A stretch of DNA of 64,000 bases, taken from the NCBI GenBank assembly GCA_965648905.1, contig CBFGIT010000001.1, forward strand, positions 8,704 through 72,703. The letters are read 5' to 3'. Below the pieces are notes generated by a model. The model saw nothing but the letters and a program-made list of their open reading frames with translations, ran no database searches and was not told the origin of the DNA. Source of the DNA: a candidate division WOR-3 bacterium. Its GTDB lineage: Bacteria; Hydrothermota; Tepidihabitantia; Tepidihabitantales; Tepidihabitantaceae. Shown here piece by piece: positions 37,530 to 47,849 of the stretch; the first letter of the stretch is position 1, and every line of letters begins with the position of its first letter. Both the position numbers and the translations under genes were made by a program.

Positions 37530-39677
37530 CTAGCGCCGGCCTCCGTACTTGCCGGTATGGCGGACGTCGTGCCGGAACATCGGCCACGGGGTCGTTGCCA
37601 GACCTTGGTTGAGTCGGCCGGCAATCGCAAAGATGCCGGATGAGGCCGAGATGTAGATGATACCGTACTGGTCAACCATTGCCGACGGTTGGCCGTCAAA
37701 ACCCAGCCGCCGCGGTTGCGGGGTCTTACCGTTCCGGCGCATCATCGCAGGAACAACCAGGTCGAGCGCCCAGCGCTGGGTACCATCGGAGTTGATGGCC
37801 CGCAGGGTGTCGGCGTCGTCGGCCACGTAGAAGACGCCGTCGAGGCAAAGGCACGGCGTCGAGCTGATTGACCAACTGCTGATTGTCGCCGGCCAGCCGG
37901 GCACGGTGTCGTGCGTTGCCGGGTCAATCCGGTACAGCCTGCCGTCGTCCGCGGCAAAGTAGACGTGACCATCGGTGCCGAAGATGGGTGAAGATGAAAT
38001 CGGGGTGCGCGGGCTGGGTGGATTCCACGGAATCTCAAAGCTCCAGAGAACCTGGCCATCCTTGATGGCGTGCAACCGTCCGGCCTCGGTTCCGACATAG
38101 ATGGTGCCGTCGGTCCAGACCGCGGGCGAGGAAACGACCCCGGCCGAATCGCCGGTCCAGACAGTCCAGTTCTCATCGCCGTTCGCCGTGAACGAATAGA
38201 CATAGCCCGAGTCGTCACAGACGACGATGTTGCCCGAGGGGTCCATGACCGGCGAGGAGATAAGCTCGCTGCGCAGGGTCTTGCTCCACGGCTCGGTCCA
38301 GCTCGAACCGTTGTCAATCACCTTGTGGAGCTTCTTGTCTTCACCGCCGAAGTAGACCGCATTGCCGTCAACCAAGGGCGAGGTCGCAACGTCGTCGCCG
38401 GTCAGGGCCGTGGCCGGCCAGTGCCAGATGGTGTCTCCGGCCGGGCCAAAGGCATAAAGCGCGCCGTCGCCGCAGCCGGCGTAGAACCGACCGTTGGCAC
38501 CGACCGCGGGCGAGGAGCTGAACGCATCCGGGTCGGCCGTGGTCCACTCGTTGAGCAGCTCGGACTGGTAGGCATCGAAGAAGTACATCTTGCCTTCGTC
38601 GCTGCCGCAGACTATGCCCGGCCAGGTGCCGCCGTGGGCGTTGAGGGTAGTCAATGCCGGCGAGGCGAAGAACGCATCGTCCAGGGCCCAGATAATCTGG
38701 CCTTCATCAACGATGATGAGCGTATCGACCGCCGGGTTCTGAACCGCGGCGCCGAGTTGGTCGACCGCCCGCACCCGGTACTCATACGCGCCCGGCGCGC
38801 CGGTCGGCAGCCACTGCGCAACCGCGTAGGCACCCGATGCGGTAAGCGGCGAGACGACCGAGTCGCCGGTCGGGAAGTAGAACGTGTAGCGGATGCTGTC
38901 ACCCTGCAGGTCGGTTGCCTGGGCGTAGAACCGGTAGGTCGGGCCGTTGGCGATGCCGCGGCGCGGATTGGCGCTGCGGACGAACCCGAGGTTAATCGGC
39001 GGAGTGTTCACCGCGTCGATGTAGATGCTCTCCGGTTCAGACCAGGCCGACGTATCGCCGGCCGGGTCGATCGCCATACAATAGACCTTCTTGCTGCCCC
39101 GTATGCTGTAGCGTATGGAATCGCGGGCTTCGGCGCCGCTGCGCACCAGCCGGGTGGTAGTAACCATCCCATCACCCCAGTAGAACTTGATGCGCACCGA
39201 GTCGCCATCCGGGTCGGTCGCCGAGGCCCGGGCATAGACCAGCGAGTCGATCCAGAACTTGCCGCTCAGCGCCGGCTTGGTCGGCCGGTTCGGCGGTTCG
39301 TTCACGCCCGGCGTGGTATCGCCGACCACGCGCACCGTGCACGGGTCAGACCAGTCCGCCGACCAGTTGCCCTTGGCGTCCTTGGCTTTGACGCGAATGG
39401 CGTAGTAGCCGGCTTCAGTCCAGGCGTGGGTCTTGCTCATTGTGTCGCCGGACTTGATGAGGTCGCTCGTATCAAACGAGCCGTCTTTCCAGTCGAACAC
39501 GTAGAGAATGTCATCCTTGTTCGGGTCGGTCGTCACCGACTTGTAGGTGGCGCTGTCGTCAACCTGAACAAGCACCGGCCCAATTGGCTTGGCCGGAATG
39601 CGAGGCGGCTTGTTCTTGCAACCGGTGAGTGCAACCAGGGCCACAAGGACAAGCACGACGGCAAGGCTTCTGCGCAT
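37530..39677 (-). CDS. lipoprotein with PKD-like domains and PQQ-type beta-propeller repeats
   Basis: Lipobox LTGC; FDWKDG and FYWGDG PKD motifs; multiple PQQ-like propeller blades. Internal ATG 39677 chosen. Confidence 0.65.
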   Translation of the reverse strand: MRRSLAVVLVLVALVALTGCKNKPPRIPAKPIGPVLVQVDDSATYKSVTTDPNKDDILYVFDWKDGSFDTSDLIKSGDTMSKTHAWTEAGYYAIRVKAKDAKGNWSADWSDPCTVRVVGDTTPGVNEPPNRPTKPALSGKFWIDSLVYARASATDPDGDSVRIKFYWGDGMVTTTRLVRSGAEARDSIRYSIRGSKKVYCMAIDPAGDTSAWSEPESIYIDAVNTPPINLGFVRSANPRRGIANGPTYRFYAQATDLQGDSIRYTFYFPTGDSVVSPLTASGAYAVAQWLPTGAPGAYEYRVRAVDQLGAAVQNPAVDTLIIVDEGQIIWALDDAFFASPALTTLNAHGGTWPGIVCGSDEGKMYFFDAYQSELLNEWTTADPDAFSSSPAVGANGRFYAGCGDGALYAFGPAGDTIWHWPATALTGDDVATSPLVDGNAVYFGGEDKKLHKVIDNGSSWTEPWSKTLRSELISSPVMDPSGNIVVCDDSGYVYSFTANGDENWTVWTGDSAGVVSSPAVWTDGTIYVGTEAGRLHAIKDGQVLWSFEIPWNPPSPRTPISSSPIFGTDGHVYFAADDGRLYRIDPATHDTVPGWPATISSWSISSTPCLCLDGVFYVADDADTLRAINSDGTQRWALDLVVPAMMRRNGKTPQPRRLGFDGQPSAMVDQYGIIYISASSGIFAIAGRLNQGLATTPWPMFRHDVRHTGKYGGRR

Positions 39678-39766
39678 ACGTCCTCCAGATTTGATGCTTA
39701 CAGGTGCCAATTTGATATAGAACATACCCAATCGTCCACCGGAGTCAATAGCGACCGAGGCCCGGA

Positions 39767-40390
39767 TTACGGGGCTACCAGCTCAACGCTCTCAATCCGC
39801 TCCCACACCCGGCCGTCACGGGTGCGCGTGCGTCGGTGTTCCCACCTGACCGGACCGCGCTCAGGCGCGAACCAGATAGAACCGGGCCAGGCTTCTTCCG
39901 CGGTGTGAACTAGGACTCTGAGGCAGTCGGCGAACCTGCCGGCCGGGACCAAAACGGTCTGGCGGCCCACGACCTCGAAAAGCTGCTCGCGCCGGGCGTT
40001 GCCGAACCATGCCCGACCCGACCGGGGCCGCGCCGCCAAGAGCAGAATCCAGTCCGCATCGGCCGAGCCGAAGTCGGTGACAAGCCAGGGCAGGAGCAGG
40101 AAGACACCGGCCGGACGTCGCTGGAAGAAAAGAGTGTAGAGCTGGGTCGGGCCGCGACTGATTTCCATGACAAAGTAGTGGCCGAGCTGCTGCTCGTTTC
40201 GTTCCGCGACAATCTGTGCTGCACCAGGCAAACGTGAGACCTCGACCGTCTCACCATCGGCGACCTCGCAGGCCCGGAACAGCAGCTCCCAGTGCGAGTT
40301 GCGGGTGAGCGGGAAGTAGTCAGGCTGCCGGCAACCAGGGCCCGTGAGCACGACCGAAAACAGGACGGCCAGACGAGCACCGCAACTCAC
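39767..40390 (-). CDS. hypothetical lipoprotein
   Basis: Signal + LTGPGC lipobox-like sequence, 207 aa, no domain recognised. Confidence 0.45.
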   Translation of the reverse strand: MSCGARLAVLFSVVLTGPGCRQPDYFPLTRNSHWELLFRACEVADGETVEVSRLPGAAQIVAERNEQQLGHYFVMEISRGPTQLYTLFFQRRPAGVFLLLPWLVTDFGSADADWILLLAARPRSGRAWFGNARREQLFEVVGRQTVLVPAGRFADCLRVLVHTAEEAWPGSIWFAPERGPVRWEHRRTRTRDGRVWERIESVELVAP

Positions 40391-40485
40391 AGACAGAGCC
40401 TAAGCCGCCGCGGTACAGGAGTCAACACCGCCGGAAGCAACGCAAGTGTTCCTTGACTTGGCCCGGGCCGCGGGTTGAATTAGAC

Positions 40486-41865
40486 ATGCGTGTGCTCGGC
40501 TGCCTGGCTCTGGTGGTGTCAGTCGCGTTGAGCGACTTCGAACCCGATTGCCAGATCGATAGCGGCCTGGTCAGTGCCTTCAGTGCCGCGGCTGACCCAG
40601 CCGGCAAGGTCTGGGTCGCGGTTGCCCGTGATAACGGCGAGGTGCGTTTGCTGCGGTCCGCGGACTACTGCCGGACCTGGGATAATGTCTTCCAAGTTCA
40701 GTTCGATTCAGGAGTGGGTCAGCTCCAGGTCCTCCCGGTATTTGGCGAGTCGAGTTTCATCCATGTGTTTGTGCTCAGCCGACAGGGTTCGGGCGACCTC
40801 TGGCTCTGGCGCGTCCGGCCTGACGATTCGGACTGGGAATTGCTGCCGCTGGCGGTTGGTCCGGACACGGTCGATGACTTCTCGACAACTGCGGACAAGG
40901 ACAGCTTCTACTACTTGTACTGTCTCTACGCCAACGAACATCGCACTGGTCAGACCGGCCGATTCGTCCGTTCCACTGATTTCGGCCGGACCTGGGGCAT
41001 GGCGACCGACTGGTGGAACTGCTGGGACCCATACATCAGCCATACCCGAGGTTCGACCATCCACTGCGTCTGGCGCTACGCCTTGACCGGAACCGAGATT
41101 CACTATCAGTCGAACCGGCACTACGGTGCTGCCCGTTACTGGTCGCCCAGGCGCGTGCTGTCGAGCGGTCACGACCGATGCTGGGACCCGGTTGTGGTTC
41201 AGGCCGATACTACCGACGAGTGGGATGCAACCGTCTGGGCGTTCTACACGGTAGGGCGGCGCGACACAAGTCACACCGACATCGGCTACGCAAGAAGCTG
41301 GAACTGCGGCTGGGACTGGACCCCCGGCCGTTCTTTCAGTGACCCCTACCGGGACGAGAGCCCGGCCGATGCAGCGATGGGGCTCGCCGGTGCTCGTGGT
41401 TTCGCGAGCCTGCTCTACGCCTTCGGCGGCGACCGCTACGGTGACACGGTCGTCCTCTGCCGCCGCGTATCCTGCGCTCTCCATCCGACCGTGTGGTCGG
41501 CACCGGTTCAGGTAAGTCAGATACCGGTGGCTCGAGGCCCGGCGTCAGTCAAAGCGCAACTGGTCCACTGCCCAGGAGCACCCGACCCGCTTCCGGTTGT
41601 GTTCTACTGCGGACAGAGTCAGGATGGCCCGCGCGGCGTCTACTGCTCGGCCCCGTGGCTCGAGCGCATGCCGGACCAGTCCGGACGCAGCCCGACTGCC
41701 CTCGGGCGTCGGTCGCCGGTGCTGTCCGGCCGAGTATACGATGTCAACGGCAGACTGGTCGGCCGCGTCCTGCCCGGCGCGCGGCAGTGCGCTCCGGTGC
41801 TGCGGCCGGGTGTCTACATTGTGCAGGACAACACCAGCCGTTCCCGGCTGACAATCGTGCACTGA
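40486..41865 (+). CDS. secreted BNR/sialidase-like repeat protein, possible T9SS cargo
   Basis: Signal peptide from the internal ATG, SxDxGxTW BNR motifs (STDFGRTWG) and a C-terminal CTD-like tail. The start is 40453 or 40486. Confidence 0.5.
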   Translation: MRVLGCLALVVSVALSDFEPDCQIDSGLVSAFSAAADPAGKVWVAVARDNGEVRLLRSADYCRTWDNVFQVQFDSGVGQLQVLPVFGESSFIHVFVLSRQGSGDLWLWRVRPDDSDWELLPLAVGPDTVDDFSTTADKDSFYYLYCLYANEHRTGQTGRFVRSTDFGRTWGMATDWWNCWDPYISHTRGSTIHCVWRYALTGTEIHYQSNRHYGAARYWSPRRVLSSGHDRCWDPVVVQADTTDEWDATVWAFYTVGRRDTSHTDIGYARSWNCGWDWTPGRSFSDPYRDESPADAAMGLAGARGFASLLYAFGGDRYGDTVVLCRRVSCALHPTVWSAPVQVSQIPVARGPASVKAQLVHCPGAPDPLPVVFYCGQSQDGPRGVYCSAPWLERMPDQSGRSPTALGRRSPVLSGRVYDVNGRLVGRVLPGARQCAPVLRPGVYIVQDNTSRSRLTIVH

Positions 41866-41909
41866 ACCAGACGGTGCGCCCGACCGCGAACCGCCTGATT
41901 ATCCCGCCC

Positions 41910-43685
41910 ATGTCGGCCGAGGAGATGGCGGCGCTCGGCTGGAACCGATGTGATGTAATAATCGTCACCGGTGATGCCTTTGTTGACCACCCGGCATTCG
42001 GCAGCGCGGTCATTGCCCGTGTGCTTCTCGCCGCCGGATACCGGGTCGGCATCATTGCCCAGCCTGACTGGCGCAAGCCTGATTCGGTCACGCAACTCGG
42101 TCGGCCCCGGCTCTGCTTCGGCGTGACTGCGGGCAACGTCGACTCAATGCTCGCCAATCGCGGCCCATCGTCCGTACCCCGGCGCAAGGACGACTACTCG
42201 CCTGCTGGCCAGCCTCTCAGACGGCCGGACCGGGCAACCCTGGTCTACTGCAATCTGCTCCGCCAGGCCTACAGAGACGTCCCCCTGGTCATCGGCGGTA
42301 TCGAAGCCAGCCTGCGCCGGCTCGCCCATTATGACTACTGGGAAGATGCCGTGCGCCGGTCGATACTGCTCGATGCGCGCGCCGGTATCCTGCTCTACGG
42401 TATGGCCGAGCGGTCAATGGTCGAGGTCTGCCGGCGCCTGGCCGTTGCCCGGGAAGCCGACCTCACCGGCATCCCTGGTTCGGTCGTTGCTCTGAAGAAC
42501 CTGCCGACGAACCTGCGGCACGTGCTGATTCCCTCATATGATGAATGCAGCGCGAACAAGGACCGGTTCAATCAAGCGTTTCAACGCTGGCACCGCGAGG
42601 CCGACAATCCGGCCGGCAGCGCGGTTGTCCAGCCGCACGGTGACCGGCTGGTTGTTCAGCACCCTCCGCCTGCGCCGATGACCGAACGCGAACTGGACGC
42701 GGTCTACGACCTGCCTTTTACCCGGCAGCCACACCCGAGCTATCATGACCGGATTCCGGCGCTCGAGACGGTCAGGTTCTCAATCACCTCGCACCGGGGC
42801 TGTGTCGGCTCCTGCACATTCTGCTCACTTGCTGCTCATCAGGGCCGCATCATTCAACGCCGCAGTCCTGGCTCGATTGTCCGTGAGGCCGCGGCGATTG
42901 TGCAGATGCCTGAGTTCAAGGGTCACGTCACCGATGTCGGCGGTCCGACCGCGAACATGTACGCGGCAACCTGCCGACCGATGGCAGCCGGCCGGGTCTG
43001 CCCGGAACGAAGCTGCACCTGGCCCAGACCCTGTCCGAACTTGAGACTCAACCTCAAACAGGAGCTCGCGGTACTTGAGGCGGTGCGGCGCGTGCCCGGA
43101 GTGAAGAAAGTCTCGGTTGGAACTGGTGTCCGTTACGACCTGCTTGCCGACCAGGCCGGAGAAAGCTACCTTGAACAACTGTGCCGCCGGTTCGTGTCTG
43201 GTCAGCTTCGCGTCGCGCCCGAGCACGTCTCGAACCGCGTGCTCGCGGCAATGCGCAAGGCAGACCACGCAAGCTACCAGCGGTTCCGGTCGCAGTTCAG
43301 CCGGCTGAACCAGAAGCTCGGCCAGAAGCAGTACCTGATACCGTACTTCATCTCCGGCCATCCGGGTGCGACCCTCGACGATGCGGTTGAGCTGGCCGAG
43401 TTTCTGGTTCGCATCGAACGGTTCCGTATTCGCCAGGTCCAGCAGTTCACACCCCTGCCGATGACCGCAGCCGCGGCGATGTACCATACCGGCAAAGACC
43501 CGTTCACTGGTCAGGCGCTGCACGTTGCCGGTGAACGGGAACAACGCCTGCAGCGTCTTCTGCTCCAGTTGCACTCGACCGACGACATCGAACGAGCAAC
43601 GCGGGCGCTGCGTGCCTTTGGCCGGCCCGACCTCGCGGCAAGAATCGGTCGGCTGTGGTCAGCCCGCACCCGGCCCCGACATTGA
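41910..43685 (+). CDS. ygiQ: YgiQ-family radical SAM protein (UPF0313)
   Basis: N-terminal VIIVTGDAFVDHPAFG and radical-SAM CxxxCxxC (CVGSCTFC). ATG 41910 chosen; the ORF-track 5' extension overlaps the previous gene. Confidence 0.8.
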   Translation: MSAEEMAALGWNRCDVIIVTGDAFVDHPAFGSAVIARVLLAAGYRVGIIAQPDWRKPDSVTQLGRPRLCFGVTAGNVDSMLANRGPSSVPRRKDDYSPAGQPLRRPDRATLVYCNLLRQAYRDVPLVIGGIEASLRRLAHYDYWEDAVRRSILLDARAGILLYGMAERSMVEVCRRLAVAREADLTGIPGSVVALKNLPTNLRHVLIPSYDECSANKDRFNQAFQRWHREADNPAGSAVVQPHGDRLVVQHPPPAPMTERELDAVYDLPFTRQPHPSYHDRIPALETVRFSITSHRGCVGSCTFCSLAAHQGRIIQRRSPGSIVREAAAIVQMPEFKGHVTDVGGPTANMYAATCRPMAAGRVCPERSCTWPRPCPNLRLNLKQELAVLEAVRRVPGVKKVSVGTGVRYDLLADQAGESYLEQLCRRFVSGQLRVAPEHVSNRVLAAMRKADHASYQRFRSQFSRLNQKLGQKQYLIPYFISGHPGATLDDAVELAEFLVRIERFRIRQVQQFTPLPMTAAAAMYHTGKDPFTGQALHVAGEREQRLQRLLLQLHSTDDIERATRALRAFGRPDLAARIGRLWSARTRPRH

Positions 43686-43717
43686 CAGGCGACCGGTTTC
43701 CAAGGATATTACTGATT

Positions 43718-44347
43718 ATGAAGTCGCGTCAACTCGTATTCCTTGTTCCGGTCCTGTTGGCCTTTGTCGCCTGCGACGAAATGGTGCCGGACGACGGCCT
43801 CACCGACCTGACCGGCGATCCGTTCAACCTGAACAGCAACATCAACGTCGTAGCGATTACCGGCAATGCCGGCTTGAGCCCCAAGGGTCCGTTCACGCTC
43901 GGCATGACCATCTCATCGAAGAGCTCCAATGTCGAGACCGATGTGCTGCCCGCCGGTCTGCTGCTCAAACGGCGCAAGAGAGATACGCAGCACATGCTGC
44001 TCCTCAAGGCACATACCGTGACAACCGGCACCGGCACCAAGACCGAACTGCTCGGAACGTTCTGCTGCAACAAGAACCGGCCCTCGCCCGACGCCGGCGA
44101 TACCTTTGACCTCGGGCCGGTCACCAACAACGCCGGACTGAAACAGATCGTCAATCTCGTGCAGGACAAAGACATCTCCGGGGGCACGGCGATGTGGCTG
44201 GTGCAGCGCGCCGTGTACCTGGTGACCGATTCGACCGGCCTGACTCAGGCCTACATCGATTCACTCGAGGCATTACCTGACGAAAACAGGCAGGCGCGCC
44301 GGTACGACGCGGTCGTCAATTCACCCGGGCGTGCATGTTTTCGTTGA
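43718..44347 (+). CDS. hypothetical lipoprotein
   Basis: MKSRQLVFLVPVLLAFVAC signal/lipobox, 209 aa. Confidence 0.5.
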   Translation: MKSRQLVFLVPVLLAFVACDEMVPDDGLTDLTGDPFNLNSNINVVAITGNAGLSPKGPFTLGMTISSKSSNVETDVLPAGLLLKRRKRDTQHMLLLKAHTVTTGTGTKTELLGTFCCNKNRPSPDAGDTFDLGPVTNNAGLKQIVNLVQDKDISGGTAMWLVQRAVYLVTDSTGLTQAYIDSLEALPDENRQARRYDAVVNSPGRACFR

Positions 44348-44515
44348 CAAGCGCGCCAGGATTCGTAATCTTACCGCGATGGATTCTACGACCCCGAGCC
44401 TGCGGGTCGCATCTGGACCGCTCCTTAGCTCTGACATCACGCACGACAATTGTCCGTTCCGTACGACCGCAGCCGCGAGTGCGGCGCGGTCAAGCTCTAA
44501 ACCAAAGGAGGTCTG

Positions 44516-44560
44516 ATGCCTGTAAAGAAGAAGAAGGCCGCGAAGAAAAAGAAGAAGTAG
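44516..44560 (+). CDS. candidate 14-aa poly-lysine micro-ORF (MPVKKKKAAKKKKK)
   Basis: AAAGGAGG SD 4 nt upstream of ATG; followed by a GC-rich hairpin 44578-44617. Very short, so speculative. Confidence 0.2.
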   Translation: MPVKKKKAAKKKKK

Positions 44561-44577
44561 GCTGCTCGAAAGCAGAC

Positions 44578-44617
44578 GCCGCTCGCCGGTGTGGCCGAGG
44601 CCACCAAGGCGAGCGGC
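44578..44617 (+). terminator. GC-rich nested hairpin (GCCGCTCGCC...GGCGAGCGGC) downstream of the micro-ORF and upstream of ruvX
   Basis: 10-bp outer stem enclosing a second inner stem (GGTGTGGCC/GGCCACC), with a weak U tract. Confidence 0.3.
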
Positions 44618-44666
44618 CGTTTCTACCATGTCCTGCGCTGCGGGCCTTCTGTCCTGATTCGGTTCC

Positions 44667-45110
44667 GTGAGCCGCATCCTCTGTCTCGACTACGGTGAAC
44701 GCCGCACCGGTGTGGCCGTGTCCGACGAAACCGGAACGATTGCCCGGGGTCTGTCGACCATAGCCTGCCGGTCCGATACCGAGCTGCTCAATGCAGTTCA
44801 GCAACTCGTCGCCGACTACGCCATTGCCGAGATTGTCCTCGGACTGCCGCTGAGCCTTTCGGGAAAGCCGAGCGCCCGCTCGGAAAAGGTCAAGGCCTTT
44901 GCCGCACGACTCACTCAGTCAACCGGAATCCGAGTGACGCTGGTCGACGAGCGGCTTACGACCGCGATGGCGAATCGGGCACTTTCAGAAACGCAGCAGC
45001 CGGAGCAGAGTCGCGAGAAGCGTCGTGTACGGTCCAGGCCGCGCGGCGATGCCGACCGGGTCGCTGCCACGATCATTCTCGAAGATTATCTGGCCCGGAT
45101 GAGAAGCTAG
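44667..45110 (+). CDS. ruvX: Holliday junction resolvase-like protein YqgF/RuvX
   Basis: GTG start; ILCLDYGERRTGVAVSD N-terminal motif. Confidence 0.85.
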   Translation: MSRILCLDYGERRTGVAVSDETGTIARGLSTIACRSDTELLNAVQQLVADYAIAEIVLGLPLSLSGKPSARSEKVKAFAARLTQSTGIRVTLVDERLTTAMANRALSETQQPEQSREKRRVRSRPRGDADRVAATIILEDYLARMRS

Positions 45111-46055
45111 ATGAGATTCGTTCGCCTGGTTCAGTTGGCTGCGTTCCTGCTTGCCTGCCGGACAACCAGTCCGCAACCCGGACCCCGGGTCGAAGTTCGG
45201 GTCCGGGCCGGGATGTCCGCAACTGAACTGGCTGACACCCTGCTCGCCCGCGGGGTCATCAGGAACCGGTTTCGGTTCATGACCCTGGCACGCTTCCATT
45301 CCTATGAATCGCGCATCGTCTCCGGCCGGTACCACCTGCGCCTGGGAACAGATGAAGCGCGGGTCCTGCGACTGTTGAGCCGGGAAGTGCCGGCACTGGT
45401 GATGGTCACTGTTCCTGAGGGACTCACCTGCCGGCAGGTGGCCGAGCTTCTGTCAGAATGCGGCATCTGTCGTGCCGAGCAGTTCCTGGCCGCCTGCTTC
45501 GACACCGTGCTGCTGCGCGAACTCGGCATTCCGGCAACTTCGGCCGAAGGTTTTCTCTTCCCGGAAACCTACCAGTTAAGCACAACTGAGCCGCCGGCCG
45601 ACATCATCCGACGGATGGTGCAGCAGTTCTTTGCCGTACTCAAAGACTCATCCGGCCCAGACCTGCTCGCCGCGGTCACGCTCGCCTCGATTGTCGAGAA
45701 GGAAGCGCGGTTGCCCGAAGAGTTCCCGCGGATTGCCGGCGTGTTTGTCAACCGGCTGAGACGCCACCTGCCTCTGCAATCCTGCGCCACGGTTCAGTAT
45801 GTGCTGCCTGAGCGCAAGAACGTGCTCGCAGTTGAGGACACCAGGTACCCCTCACCCTACAACACCTATCTCCACGTCGGACTGCCGCCCGGCCCAATCT
45901 GCAATCCGGGGCGGCGTGCGCTGGCCGCAGCCAAGAATCCCGAGCGTCACGACTACGTCTTCTTTGTTGCCCGCGGAGACGGCAGTCACGTCTTCTCCCG
46001 CACTGCGGCCGAGCACGACGCCGCCTGTGCCCGTGTGCGCCGCGGTCGCTCTTAG
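45111..46055 (+). CDS. mltG: endolytic murein transglycosylase MltG (YceG-like)
   Basis: YceG domain with conserved C-terminal region (RYPSPYNTY..GLPPGPI). Conserved ruvX-mltG adjacency. Confidence 0.85.
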   Translation: MRFVRLVQLAAFLLACRTTSPQPGPRVEVRVRAGMSATELADTLLARGVIRNRFRFMTLARFHSYESRIVSGRYHLRLGTDEARVLRLLSREVPALVMVTVPEGLTCRQVAELLSECGICRAEQFLAACFDTVLLRELGIPATSAEGFLFPETYQLSTTEPPADIIRRMVQQFFAVLKDSSGPDLLAAVTLASIVEKEARLPEEFPRIAGVFVNRLRRHLPLQSCATVQYVLPERKNVLAVEDTRYPSPYNTYLHVGLPPGPICNPGRRALAAAKNPERHDYVFFVARGDGSHVFSRTAAEHDAACARVRRGRS

Positions 46056-46109
46056 GTCGTTGTCGACTTCTGGGCTTGACCAACTGCGAGTTGGGCCTAA
46101 TATGGAGCA

Positions 46110-47450
46110 GTGAAGACCATCCGCGACGCGGTCCACGGTGACCTTGATTTCACTGACGACGAGCTTCAGGTCATCAACACCGCCTGCTTCCAGCGCCTGC
46201 GCGGCATCAAACAGCTCGGCGCCGCGTATCTTGTCTACCCGAGCGCAACCCATACCCGGTTCGAGCACAGCCTGGGTACGTGCGGTGTCGCCCGACAGAC
46301 AATCGCCCATATCCGGCGCAACTGCGGGGCACGGTCGGTGAGCGCGGACGACGAACGGCTCATCGCCATCTACGCCCTGGTCCACGACCTGACCCACATC
46401 CCGTTCGGGCATACCATCGAAGACGAACGTCGGGTGTTTCCCCGTCACGACCAGAACACGGCGCGGATTGACTACTTCCTTACCCGGACCGATACCGGCC
46501 GCGCTCTAGCAAAACTCGGCTTGGCACGACCGGTCGAAGAGCTGATGAAACGCAAGCGGCTGGAGAGGGGTGGGCCGACGTTCCACTACGACATTGTGTC
46601 GGGCACAATCTGTGCAGACCTGCTCGACTACCTCGAGCGCGACTCCTACTTCACCGGGCTCTCTCAGAGGTACGATGAGCGGCTCTACAAGTACTTCGTC
46701 ATTGAACAGGGCGGTCTGGCAATCAACCTGATTCGTTCCGGATTGTTTCGCACGGACGGACTTTCCGAGACCCTGAACGTACTCCGCATGCGCTACGTCC
46801 TCTCTGAGCGCTGCTACTACCACCCGGCCAAGAACGCCGCCTCGGCCATGGTCTCAAAGGCGCTCGAGCTGTGCGTTGACTCGGGCAAGATGCGGCTTTC
46901 CGAACGCTCGTTCTACGATGTCGGCGACGAAGGGTTCCTGCGCATCCTCCAGGCCGGGCCTGGCCCGGCAAAGTATCTGGTTGATGCCTTTCTTGCCCGG
47001 CGGCTGTACAAGAAAGTCTATCTTGTGTCGCGCCGGAGCATCCCTTCAACCGAGCGGTTCGCTGCTTATCATCTCGACCCGGGCAAGCGGGCCGAAGCCG
47101 AGGCCTGGCTGGCGCGTAAGCTCAAGGTGCCGTTCCGCTCTGTGGTCGTCTACTGCCCCTCCTCCACGATGCAATTGCGCGAGGCGAATGCGCAATTCAA
47201 GCTCGCTCCGGGCGAACCGCCGCGCCGACTTGAAGGCAATCAGGAAATCGAGAACCTCAAGCGCCAGCAGGAGAATCTCTGGAAGTTCTTTGTTTTCCTC
47301 GACCCGGCGCACGCGGACAGATCCGCAACTGCTGGTCAACTGTGTGAAGAGTATTTCGGGCAGGCCAACGAACTGCCTGAGCTGGGCCTGGCTCAACCCT
47401 GTGGCCCAACCGATCCGTTACGCAAGAACAGAACCGAAACGGAGGTCTAG
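46110..47450 (+). CDS. HD-domain dNTP triphosphohydrolase-like protein (dGTPase/SAMHD1 family)
   Basis: HD motif region (RFEHSLGT..HDLTHIPFGH), 446 aa. Confidence 0.75.
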   Translation: MKTIRDAVHGDLDFTDDELQVINTACFQRLRGIKQLGAAYLVYPSATHTRFEHSLGTCGVARQTIAHIRRNCGARSVSADDERLIAIYALVHDLTHIPFGHTIEDERRVFPRHDQNTARIDYFLTRTDTGRALAKLGLARPVEELMKRKRLERGGPTFHYDIVSGTICADLLDYLERDSYFTGLSQRYDERLYKYFVIEQGGLAINLIRSGLFRTDGLSETLNVLRMRYVLSERCYYHPAKNAASAMVSKALELCVDSGKMRLSERSFYDVGDEGFLRILQAGPGPAKYLVDAFLARRLYKKVYLVSRRSIPSTERFAAYHLDPGKRAEAEAWLARKLKVPFRSVVVYCPSSTMQLREANAQFKLAPGEPPRRLEGNQEIENLKRQQENLWKFFVFLDPAHADRSATAGQLCEEYFGQANELPELGLAQPCGPTDPLRKNRTETEV

Positions 47451-47836
47451 TGCACTGTCGAAGTTGTGGTAAAGAGGTCGTTGACACGGCCGAGGTCTGC
47501 GTCGGCTGCGGTAGCAAGCCCAATGCCGGCACCAAGTACTGCCAGAACTGCGGGGTCGAAACCGATCCCAGGGCCGAAGTCTGCGTCAAGTGCGGGGTCA
47601 GACTCGCGACCGCGGCGGCAGTTCAGAAAGAAGGCAAAGACTGGCTCGTGGCCCTGCTGCTTTCCATCTTCCTGGGTAAGCTGGGTGTGGACCGGTTCTA
47701 TCTCGGCTACATTGGTCTTGGAATCCTCAAGCTCGTCACCGTGGGCGGCTGCGGCATCTGGTGGCTTGTTGACCTGATTCTCATCGCCTCCCATAAGCTG
47801 AAGGATTCAGACGGGCGAGAACTGGTCAGGAAGTAG
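47450..47836 (+). CDS. zinc-ribbon + TM2-domain membrane protein
   Basis: Two CxxC..CxxC ribbons at the N-terminus and the TM2-domain signature (LLSIFLGKLGVDRFYLGYIGLGILKL). Confidence 0.65.
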   Translation: MHCRSCGKEVVDTAEVCVGCGSKPNAGTKYCQNCGVETDPRAEVCVKCGVRLATAAAVQKEGKDWLVALLLSIFLGKLGVDRFYLGYIGLGILKLVTVGGCGIWWLVDLILIASHKLKDSDGRELVRK

Positions 47837-47849
47837 CAACCGCCGGAGA

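Noticed and set aside
38070-39908. 612-aa plus-strand ORF opposite the PKD/PQQ lipoprotein gene
   Set aside because: Gly/Arg/Asp-rich low-complexity translation. The minus-strand gene has PKD and PQQ motifs and a lipoprotein signal.
41493-41909. 5' extension of the ygiQ ORF overlapping the BNR-protein gene by ~370 nt
   Set aside because: The conserved YgiQ N-terminus begins at ATG 41910. The extension is an alternative-start artefact of ORF calling.
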